Shown piece by piece: positions 57,401-64,000 of a stretch of 64,000 nt of DNA. This DNA is from Planctomycetaceae bacterium (GTDB lineage Bacteria; Planctomycetota; Planctomycetia; Pirellulales; Thermoguttaceae). The stretch lies in NCBI GenBank assembly GCA_021372555.1, contig JAJFUI010000062.1:157-64156 (forward strand), written 5' to 3'. Below the pieces are notes generated by a model. That model was not told where the DNA came from. It made no database searches and worked only from the letters and a program-made list of their open reading frames with translations. A program made the position numbers and the translations under genes. The number at the start of each line of letters is the position of its first letter. Positions within the stretch are counted from its first letter, which is position 1.

Positions 57401-57428
57401 TTGCAACGCATCGCCCAATCGCTATACT
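57401..57428 (+). promoter_or_regulatory. Candidate sigma70-type promoter upstream of rpmB
   Basis: TTGCAA (57401-57406), 16-nt spacer, TATACT (57423-57428). Leaves a leader of about 145 nt before the rpmB ATG. Confidence 0.35.
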
Positions 57429-57575
57429 GGAAGTTTTCCCCTGCGGACGATGGGGGGCATCGGCGTTTTCTGATTGTCGGGCGTCAATTCGTCCGATGAT
57501 TCGACCGCCGACATAAGTGACGCATTCCTCGGTCCGCGATGCGAATCGGACGATGCCCTGACGGAGCCTTTAGCG

Positions 57576-57839
57576 ATGGCCCAACAATGTGAAGTATGTG
57601 GGAAGAAGCCCGTGCTGGGCAATCAAGTCACCCATCGTGGTAAGGCGAAGTACCTCGGTGGCGTGGGAACCAAGGTGACTGGCATCAGCCGGCGCAAGTT
57701 CCGCCCCAACTTGCAGCGCGTCCACGTCAGCACGGCGAATGGCACCCACAAGACAATGTGCGTCTGTGCCCAGTGCCTGCGAAGCGGCGCGGTGACCAAG
57801 CGGGTCTACCAAACCCCCTTCAAGCTGCCGAAGAGCTAG
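57576..57839 (+). CDS. rpmB: 50S ribosomal protein L28
   Basis: MAQQCEVCGKKPVLGNQVTHRGKAKYLGGVG...RKFRPNLQRV is the classical L28 sequence. Start set at ATG 57576. Confidence 0.9.
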   Translation: MAQQCEVCGKKPVLGNQVTHRGKAKYLGGVGTKVTGISRRKFRPNLQRVHVSTANGTHKTMCVCAQCLRSGAVTKRVYQTPFKLPKS

Positions 57840-57952
57840 TCGAACGATCTGCCGGCTATCGAATCACGCGTTCCTGCTGCGGGTGGACCGTCGGCACACG
57901 TGGTGTTACGATTGACGCAACCGTCGGCGCATCGCGCTGACGACCGACTCCC

Positions 57953-58249
57953 ATGGCTATTTCCCGCGCGGAAGTCGAAAAGGTTGCGACATTGGCCAGG
58001 CTCCGCCTTTCCGATCGCGAGCTTGACCTGATGACTGGTCAGCTAGGGGAGATCCTCGGCTACGTCGATTTGCTTTCGGAGCTGGACACGACGAACGTCG
58101 AACCGATGGCCCATCCGCTCGATGTGGCGAACGTCTTCCGCGAGGATGTGGCCCAGCCCAGTCTGCCGCGAGACGCCGCTTTGGCGAATGCCCCGCGGAC
58201 CGATGGCGAGTGCTACTTGGTGCCCGCCGTGCTTGCGGAAGAGCAGTGA
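57953..58249 (+). CDS. gatC: Asp/Glu-tRNA(Asn/Gln) amidotransferase subunit C
   Basis: MAISRAEVEKVATLARLRLSDRELDLMTGQLGEILGYVDLLSELDT...VEPMAHP...REDV is the canonical GatC pattern. Confidence 0.88.
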   Translation: MAISRAEVEKVATLARLRLSDRELDLMTGQLGEILGYVDLLSELDTTNVEPMAHPLDVANVFREDVAQPSLPRDAALANAPRTDGECYLVPAVLAEEQ

Positions 58250-58269
58250 TCGCGGCGACATGCAGTCCG

Positions 58270-59064
58270 CTACTCGACTGCTTCTGTTGAGCCGCTCGAA
58301 GCTACCGCCTGGACCGACTGCCGCTGGATCTGTTTGCGCCGGGCGATCACTTGCGGATTCCCTTCCAGGTTCCGCATTTCCTCGCGAAGCTCCTGCGGGG
58401 TCATTCGGAGATCGCGTTCGTGCCGCCATCGCTGGTAGCCGTAGTCCACGATGGCGAGGATCGACAGTGCCACGCCCAGTTTTAGGCCGGTGGAAAACAG
58501 GAGTTGCGATAGTCCGCGCGCCAGGGCGGGGATCGGCAATGTGGCGAGCGCCAGCATCGCGTCCCGCTGCTGGTACAGCACCACGCCGCCGGCAGCGAGT
58601 ACGGCAACTAATTTGAGGAGACCAAAGCTGAGTTGGGCCATGCCGGCGGCGGAGAAAACTCGCTGCCATCCGCGCGATGGGCTGATCCGGCCGAAGTCGG
58701 GAGTCACTCGCTGCGGCAGAAAGAGAAACCCCGTTTGCAGCACGTTGACGGCCACCCCTGCAAAACAAAGCATCCCCAGCACCGGCAGCATTCGAAGTCC
58801 CAGGCCCCACAGCACCGAGTTCCACTCGCTGGTGATCGTCGCGGCGTCGGTTGCGATCCAGGGCTGGCCGCCAAGCTGATTGCGGCAGTAATCCACGAGA
58901 AACCCCGCGACCGAGCCGCCGAAGGCCATTAGCACGGCGACACTCAGCAGCAACATCGCGGCGGAGCCGAGATCGTGGCTTTTTGCAACATGCCCTTCGC
59001 GGCGAGCTTGCTGCCGCCGATGCGGTGTGGGTTCCAGGGTTTTGTCGCTGGTGTAGTCGGACAC
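58270..59064 (-). CDS. flhB: Flagellar export switch protein FlhB, transmembrane part only (lacks the NPTH autocleavage domain)
   Basis: N-terminal KTLEPTPHRRQQARREGHVAKSHDL, four TM helices, then the linker helix MTPQELREEMRNLEGNPQVIARRKQIQRQ. The ORF stops at residue 264, before any (V/I)VTNPTH segment. Confidence 0.8.
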   Translation of the reverse strand: MSDYTSDKTLEPTPHRRQQARREGHVAKSHDLGSAAMLLLSVAVLMAFGGSVAGFLVDYCRNQLGGQPWIATDAATITSEWNSVLWGLGLRMLPVLGMLCFAGVAVNVLQTGFLFLPQRVTPDFGRISPSRGWQRVFSAAGMAQLSFGLLKLVAVLAAGGVVLYQQRDAMLALATLPIPALARGLSQLLFSTGLKLGVALSILAIVDYGYQRWRHERDLRMTPQELREEMRNLEGNPQVIARRKQIQRQSVQAVASSGSTEAVE

Positions 59065-59081
59065 GGTCGGTGGTCAGTGGG

Positions 59082-59864
59082 CTAGGACATCCATCGAGTT
59101 TGCAGTGGCGTCTTTAGGGCGTCGAGGATCGTTTCGAGCGTGGGCTCGATTTGGTTCTGGAAGGCCCAGCAAGCGGCGCCCAAACTCATGGCCAAGGCGG
59201 CAAAGGCGAGCATGGCGTTCACGCCGAAGCCCATTGTCAAGATATTTAGCTGGGGGAGCGTGCGGCCAATCAACCCGAGGGTCAAGGTTGTCAGCAACAG
59301 GGCGGCCATGGCGGGCGCGGCGGCGCGAATGCCCAACGCGAAACTTTGACCGACCAATGCGATGATCGCTTCCGAGACGGATTGGGGCCAAACGCCGCTG
59401 CCTGCCGGGAGAGCCTTGAACGTATCCAGCAGCCCGGCCATTACCATTCGATGGCCTCCAATGCAGAGAAAGACGCAAGCGGCCAACAGGAACAAGAGCC
59501 GGGAAAACTGCGGAACGTTTTCGTCGAGGCCTGGGTCGAACACCTCCGCGATTCCCAGGCCGCTCAGGCGTCCAATCAACTCGCCCGCTAGCGTCATGCT
59601 GTGAATCAGGATCAGCACCCCAAAACCTAGGCACGCCCCGATGCCGGCTTCGACGCTGAGCAGGAGCAGGTAGGTCACGGCGCTGTCGAGCGGGGCTATC
59701 GGCGTTTGCCATTGAGTCGGCGCAATGAGCAGCGTGAGCCCTGCGGCCAGCAACGCTCGGACTTGCAGCGGAACTGCATTGCCGCCGTAGATCGGGGCCG
59801 TCAGCACCAGTCCGGCCACCCGAGCAAAGACAAGCGTCAGTACGATGAAGCCGTCGCTGTTCAT
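59082..59864 (-). CDS. fliR: Flagellar export apparatus protein FliR
   Basis: 260-aa polytopic protein in the fliQ-fliR-flhB position. FliR-like N-terminus (VLTLVFARVAGLVLTAPIYG). Confidence 0.8.
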   Translation of the reverse strand: MNSDGFIVLTLVFARVAGLVLTAPIYGGNAVPLQVRALLAAGLTLLIAPTQWQTPIAPLDSAVTYLLLLSVEAGIGACLGFGVLILIHSMTLAGELIGRLSGLGIAEVFDPGLDENVPQFSRLLFLLAACVFLCIGGHRMVMAGLLDTFKALPAGSGVWPQSVSEAIIALVGQSFALGIRAAAPAMAALLLTTLTLGLIGRTLPQLNILTMGFGVNAMLAFAALAMSLGAACWAFQNQIEPTLETILDALKTPLQTRWMS

Positions 59865-59869
59865 GCTGT

Positions 59870-60136
59870 CTAAAATCGGCCCGGGATGCCGCTAATCAAC
59901 TCGCTCGTGTAATGCAGCATTTGGTTGATCAACCACGGCAACGTGAAGCTGAGGACCACAAACATAACAACGAGCTTCGGTACGAACACGACGCTCTGTT
60001 CCTGGACTTGAGTGAGCGCCTGCAAAAGGCCGACGACGAGTCCGACGATCAGCGCGGCCAGCAGCACCGGCGAGCCGATCAGCAGCATCATCCACAACGC
60101 CTGGCGTCCCAAGTCAATCGCGTCTTGTGCTTCCAT
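59870..60136 (-). CDS. fliQ: Flagellar export apparatus protein FliQ
   Basis: 88 aa from ATG 60136 with two TM helices. LLQALTQVQEQSVVFVPKL is the FliQ/SctS signature. Confidence 0.85.
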   Translation of the reverse strand: MEAQDAIDLGRQALWMMLLIGSPVLLAALIVGLVVGLLQALTQVQEQSVVFVPKLVVMFVVLSFTLPWLINQMLHYTSELISGIPGRF

Positions 60137-60208
60137 GGGCGATTCGTTGAAGGCTTCCGTTGCCGTCCCAAGTCCAAAAAAGAGCCAAAGTCGAAGGCAC
60201 ACCTCTCG

Positions 60209-61117
60209 TCACGTGAACGCCTGAAAACTCTGCATCAGCATGCCGACGACCAGATGCCACCCATCGACGAGCACAAACAAGAGCAGTTTTAGCGGCAGCG
60301 AAACCAACGCCGGCGGGACCATCAGCATCCCCATCGACGTCATCACGCTGGCCACCACCATGTCGAGGATCACAAAGGGCAGGTAGATTTGAAATCCGAT
60401 GAGGAACGCCGTTTTCAGCTCGCTGAGCATGAATGCCGGAGCGAGCGCTTGCAGCGGAACGTCGTCGTAGCTGTTCGGTCTCGGTTGCTTGGGCATGTAG
60501 CTCATCATGAGCCACACGTCCTCGGTGTTCCGCGTCCGCTCAATCTGCATGCTCATGAAGCGGCGGACTGGCGCGACGCCCGCCTTCCATGCCTGGTCCG
60601 CGGCGATCTCGTGCCGGGTGTAGGGTACAACGGCGTCGTCATAAACCTGTTTCCAGACGGGCGTCATCACCAGCAGCGTCAGAAACATGGCCAACGCGGT
60701 GATAACTTGCGTCGGAGGCAGATTCTGCGCCCCAATTGCCTGACGCAGCAAGCTCAACACGACCACGATGCGGACGAAGCACGTGGTCATCAGCAGCGCC
60801 GCTGGCGCGAGACTCAGCACCGTCAGAAGGACGACGACTTGTAGCGTCGATCCGAGTCCTTCGGGGCTGGTCCATGTCTTTGGTCCGCCGGCCAACGCAT
60901 CGGTGACGTTGACGCTCGCCGGACGGTTTGCGGGCGTGCCGGCTGACTCGCCGGCCGCTGCCGCGGCGCCGCCGATGCTCAAGCAAAGGAGTGCCGCGGC
61001 GAGCCAAAGCGTGCGCCGACGCAGCCGGCAAGCTCCGTTGCCGCCGGCAGTGACCGGCCGCGGCACCGGCGCTCGCGGGGAAACGCCCCCTGCGGAGATT
61101 CTGACGTCATCCGGCAT
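60209..61117 (-). CDS. fliP: Flagellar export apparatus protein FliP (long N-terminal leader)
   Basis: FliP/SctR core: LLTVLSLAPAALLMTTCFVRIVVVLSLLRQAIG...PTQVITALAMFLTLLVMTPV...GFQIYLPFVILDMVVASVMTSMGM. Its ATG overlaps the end of fliO by 11 nt. Confidence 0.9.
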   Translation of the reverse strand: MPDDVRISAGGVSPRAPVPRPVTAGGNGACRLRRRTLWLAAALLCLSIGGAAAAAGESAGTPANRPASVNVTDALAGGPKTWTSPEGLGSTLQVVVLLTVLSLAPAALLMTTCFVRIVVVLSLLRQAIGAQNLPPTQVITALAMFLTLLVMTPVWKQVYDDAVVPYTRHEIAADQAWKAGVAPVRRFMSMQIERTRNTEDVWLMMSYMPKQPRPNSYDDVPLQALAPAFMLSELKTAFLIGFQIYLPFVILDMVVASVMTSMGMLMVPPALVSLPLKLLLFVLVDGWHLVVGMLMQSFQAFT

Positions 61118-61643
61118 CGTTCTTCTCCGATCCCTGGGCGTTTCCGACGGCGTTCGGCTGCGTGTGCCGCGCGAGGCAGAGCGTCACGAGCCGTTCGACT
61201 TCGGCCGGATCCGTGATCTCGGTAAGCGTTTGGACGCCGGTCGCACTCGCGCAGACCAGAAGCAGCTTGTTGCCGCACCGAACGAGTTGAGCCTGTTGTC
61301 GGCTGGCCAGCGGCGCTCGACCAAGAACCGCGAATGCCTCAGGCGGCAGCGGCCCATGTCCCGGTGGCATTGAGCGGCGAACCAGCCAGATCACCACAAA
61401 AAAGATGGCCAAGACGATCGATAGGCCGATGACGAGTGTCACCGGCGATTGGGACTCGGTGATTCCCTTGCCGGATTCCGCTCGGCCCTTGCTGCTTGGC
61501 GGCGTAAGCGTTGGGGCGGTGGCTTTCTCCGCCGCCTGCGTCCCGGCGATGGCATCGGTAGCGCGTGCAGAAGCAGTCCCTTGGCCGCAGCAGCAGACCC
61601 AAACCAGCAGCGTCAGCCCAATGAAGCGCGCCATTGATCGCAT
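61107..61643 (-). CDS. fliO: FliO-like flagellar export protein
   Basis: Position immediately upstream of fliP. A single TM (LVIGLSIVLAIFFVVIWLVRR) followed by the FliO-type segment VLGRAPLASRQQAQLVRCGNKLLLVCASATGVQTL. Start set at ATG 61643, 5 nt after the fliN stop. Confidence 0.65.
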   Translation of the reverse strand: MRSMARFIGLTLLVWVCCCGQGTASARATDAIAGTQAAEKATAPTLTPPSSKGRAESGKGITESQSPVTLVIGLSIVLAIFFVVIWLVRRSMPPGHGPLPPEAFAVLGRAPLASRQQAQLVRCGNKLLLVCASATGVQTLTEITDPAEVERLVTLCLARHTQPNAVGNAQGSEKNDAG

Positions 61644-61647
61644 TGTT

Positions 61648-62043
61648 CTAGCATCCTGCGAGTTCGACCACTCGGACGGCAACTTTGCCGTCCACCACCA
61701 GCAATTCGCCCTTGGCGACACGCCGGCCACCGACCATCAAGTCCAACGGTTCGCCAGCCAGCTTGTCCAGTGGGACCACTGAGCCGCTACGGAGTCGCCG
61801 CGATTCGCCGAGACCAATGCGTGTCCGGCCCAGCTCGACCCGCAGATCGAGCCGATCACTGTCGGCATCCGTTCGAGCGTTGGAAACAGACGCCTCGCCA
61901 CGACCAAAGTTCTCGAGTGGGAAGGCGCTGGCCGATTGCGGCGATGGACCGTCGATCGAGGGCAGCGCAGCACACAGCGCTTGTTCGGCCGCGGTAAGCA
62001 CGCTCGCTTGGTTATCCATTGCTCCGTTCCTTTTCGCAGCCAT
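61648..62043 (-). CDS. fliN: FliN-like switch/sorting-platform protein (SpoA domain)
   Basis: C-terminal LDLRVELGRTRIGLGESRRLRSGSVVPLDKLAGEPLDLMVGGRRVAKGELLVVDGKVAVRVVEL is a typical SpoA/FliN domain. Confidence 0.8.
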   Translation of the reverse strand: MAAKRNGAMDNQASVLTAAEQALCAALPSIDGPSPQSASAFPLENFGRGEASVSNARTDADSDRLDLRVELGRTRIGLGESRRLRSGSVVPLDKLAGEPLDLMVGGRRVAKGELLVVDGKVAVRVVELAGC

Positions 62044-62103
62044 CGCGTCCTTTCCGTACTCATCCCGCTCCGCGTGATGCCCAATTTTGCCGGGCGGTGT
62101 TTT

Positions 62104-62553
62104 TTAGGCGGCTTTTGACGAACATATCTGGGCCGCAACCTCGTCGATCCGTTTCGCTTCGCGACGTTCCTCTTCCAGGCGGTATCGCTGTCGCTGACGC
62201 TCCCGGAGTTTTTCCAATGCTTTCGCGTTGCGGTCAGCTTCCAGGAGTGTCTCGCGACGCCGTTGTATCTCGCCAGCCAGCGTCTCGCGCTCTTGCCGCA
62301 ATGCGTTTTCTTCCGTCTTCAAGACCGCCGCATAGCGCTCGGCATCGACCAATCGCTCAATGTTCAGTTCGCCATGCCCTAACGCCTGCCGTCGATCGGC
62401 CTGCAACCGCTCATATTCCGCCCCAAGCCGCGAAAGCCGTTCCCGAAGAGTTTCGTCCGCACAGAGCACCTCGGCGAGCCGCAGGCGGCACTGATCGCGC
62501 GTGTTCTGGCGAACCCTCAAGACAGCATCCAGACGAAAACGGAACTCGGCCAT
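62104..62553 (-). CDS. fliJ: FliJ-like flagellar export chaperone/stalk protein
   Basis: About 149-aa all-helical coiled coil (MAEFRFRLDAVLRVR...) directly downstream of fliI, which is the conserved position. ATG at 62553. Confidence 0.65.
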   Translation of the reverse strand: MAEFRFRLDAVLRVRQNTRDQCRLRLAEVLCADETLRERLSRLGAEYERLQADRRQALGHGELNIERLVDAERYAAVLKTEENALRQERETLAGEIQRRRETLLEADRNAKALEKLRERQRQRYRLEEERREAKRIDEVAAQICSSKAA

Positions 62554-62597
62554 GGTTCTCCGCAAACGTGCGAAAGTCGCTGTGGCTTTGGTTGCGA

Positions 62598-63917
62598 CTA
62601 TTGCCCAATGTGCTCGCAGTACTTCTGATACAGTTTCAATAGCCCTTCTCGCGACTCGTCCGGCGTTGAGGGCTGGTCCACCGGTTGCCGCAGGTACCGA
62701 TTGATGTCTTCTTGAAGATCGATCGCGGCATCAACCGTCTTGTTGCTGCCGCGGCGGTACGCGCCGATCGAGATCAGGTCCTCGTGGTCCCGGTAAGCAG
62801 CCAATAACTCACGGATCGCGCCGGCTGCGCGACGATGTTCTTCATTGGCCAGGTCGGGCATCAGCCGGCTGATGCTGCCGAGCATGTCGATGGCCGGCCA
62901 ATGTCCCCGGACGCTGAGACTGCGAGACAGCCAAGTGTGACCATCGAGCAGCCCCCGAACGGTGTCGCTGATGGGCTCGTTCGGATCGTCGCCTTCGACA
63001 AGCACCGTGTAGAATGCGGTAATGCTGCCTTGCGGAGCGCGGCCGGCTCGTTCCACCAGTTTCGGCAGCAGGGCAAAGACGGACGGCGTGAACCCGCGAG
63101 CTGCGGGAGGTTCGCCGGCGGCCTGGCCAATTTCCCGTTGGGCCAACGCCAGCCTCGTCAGGGAGTCCATCAGCAGCAGCACGTTCTGCCCACGATCCCG
63201 GAAGTATTCGGCAACCGCCGTGGCCGTCGCCGCAGCCTGTGTTCGGACGATGGCAGGCTCGTTGCTGGCCGCGACGACGACGACGCTCCGCGCCAATCCG
63301 GCCGGTCCGAGATCTCGCTCGATAAACTCGCGAACCTCACGACCTCGCTCGCCGATCAAGGCGATAACGATGACGTCGGCGTCTGTGTATCGGGCCATCA
63401 TTCCCAGCAGGACGCTTTTGCCAACGCCGGAGCCGGCGAAGATTCCCATCCGTTGGCCCTTGCCGCAACAGAGCAGTCCGTCGATTGCCCGAATGCCTGT
63501 GGCAAGCGGTTCGTCGATTCTTGGCCGACGACACGGTTCTGGCGGCGTTCGCCACAATGAGGTGCGGTCGCCAATCGCCGGCTGGGGCTTACCATCGATG
63601 GCACGACCCTCGGCGTCAATCACTCGGCCAAGCAACTCAGTGCCGACGCGGAGCCAGTGTGCGGTGCGGACAAGCCGAATCCGGTTTCCCCGACGGACGC
63701 CGGTGAGTTCTCCGAGAGGACAGAGAACGCTCAAGTCGTCGCGAAATCCCACGACCTCGGCCATGAGCGGAGGGCCCGCCTGACGCTCAATTTCGGCGAC
63801 TGCCCCGACAGGCGCCGGAAACCCGGCCGCCGACACCGTGGTACCGGCTGTCTGGGCAACGCTTCCCCAAAGCGCCGTTGGCATGATGCGGTCGAGATGT
63901 TCGGTGACGTCAGGCAT
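62598..63917 (-). CDS. fliI: Flagellum-specific ATPase FliI
   Basis: Walker A (IFAGSGVGKSVLLGMM), Walker B (VLLLMDSLTRLA), and the F1/T3SS-ATPase C-terminal region. Confidence 0.93.
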   Translation of the reverse strand: MPDVTEHLDRIMPTALWGSVAQTAGTTVSAAGFPAPVGAVAEIERQAGPPLMAEVVGFRDDLSVLCPLGELTGVRRGNRIRLVRTAHWLRVGTELLGRVIDAEGRAIDGKPQPAIGDRTSLWRTPPEPCRRPRIDEPLATGIRAIDGLLCCGKGQRMGIFAGSGVGKSVLLGMMARYTDADVIVIALIGERGREVREFIERDLGPAGLARSVVVVAASNEPAIVRTQAAATATAVAEYFRDRGQNVLLLMDSLTRLALAQREIGQAAGEPPAARGFTPSVFALLPKLVERAGRAPQGSITAFYTVLVEGDDPNEPISDTVRGLLDGHTWLSRSLSVRGHWPAIDMLGSISRLMPDLANEEHRRAAGAIRELLAAYRDHEDLISIGAYRRGSNKTVDAAIDLQEDINRYLRQPVDQPSTPDESREGLLKLYQKYCEHIGQ

Positions 63918-63931
63918 TCTGATGATCCGCG

Positions 63932-64000
63932 TTACGCGATCAATTCCTCTTCAATGCGTTTTAGTTGCGACTCGATCTGTTGGTCGATTGTGCCGAACCG
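63932..64000 (-). CDS. fliH: Partial CDS (C-terminal 22 codons), probably FliH
   Basis: Manual minus-strand translation of 64000-63932 gives RFGTIDQQIESQLKRIEEELIA followed by TAA. The position immediately upstream of fliI and the C-terminal GTID...L..I pattern fit FliH. Too short to be certain. Confidence 0.4.
   Translation of the reverse strand, partial: RFGTIDQQIESQLKRIEEELIA

Noticed and set aside
58043-58825. 260-aa minus-strand ORF examined as a possible frameshifted continuation of FlhB
   Set aside because: Its translation has no NPTH or FlhB-C-like sequence. It overlaps flhB and gatC out of frame and is Arg/Ala/Gly-rich shadow sequence. FlhB truncation is therefore not explained by a simple frameshift within the window.
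1-64000. Scan for tRNA/rRNA genes, CRISPR arrays, IS elements, integrases and toxin-antitoxin or defence-system genes
   Set aside because: No T-loop-like GGTTCGAATCC-type motif was found in any intergenic gap. There are no spacer-separated repeats, and no transposase, integrase or nuclease-like ORFs. By-eye scanning cannot exclude small RNAs.

Overview
GC-rich bacterial chromosomal segment, densely coding on both strands. I saw no rRNA, tRNA, CRISPR array, transposase or integrase. The gene content points to a Planctomycetota (Pirellulales-like) genome, though this is inference only: a DUF1559 protein with a prepilin-type N-terminus, DUF1080, a PEP-CTERM protein, Tat-signal DegT aminotransferases and many signal-anchored hypotheticals. 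Left to right: a partial envelope protein, tgt, a secreted clan-CD-like protein, a divergent PAP2 / ArnT-like pair, scpB with an extreme poly-acidic tail, xylA, an orphan PAS histidine kinase start/stop-overlapped with a flavin-reductase-like gene, an MFS transporter and DUF1080. A 22-unit heptanucleotide tandem repeat follows, then a PIG-L deacetylase. Next come an 1825-aa membrane-domain/GH94 (cyclic-glucan-synthase-like) protein and a secreted partner. After several small envelope proteins (PEP-CTERM, DUF1559, LTXXQ/Spy-like, Trp-rich) there is an island of exported enzymes: two tandem modules of ceramidase-like hydrolase plus Tat-signal DegT aminotransferase, a beta-propeller protein and a xylose-isomerase-like TIM barrel. 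An accessory type-II FAS-like cluster follows (KAS, ACP, two CrtI-family flavoproteins, FabZ-like, BNR protein, FabI-like), interrupted by a lower-GC gene. The right third holds a chemotaxis cluster (cheY, cheX, cheA-REC, cheW, mcp, cheB, cheR), then rpmB and gatC, then a flagellar export operon (fliH' I J N O P Q R flhB) whose FlhB lacks the whole C-terminal autocleavage domain. The most interesting items are the GT-less Cgs-like system, the duplicated exported hydrolase/aminotransferase modules, the CrtI-containing FAS-like cluster, the truncated FlhB, the ScpB acidic tail and two intergenic repeat arrays. All functional calls rest on motifs read from the translations; no database search was run.
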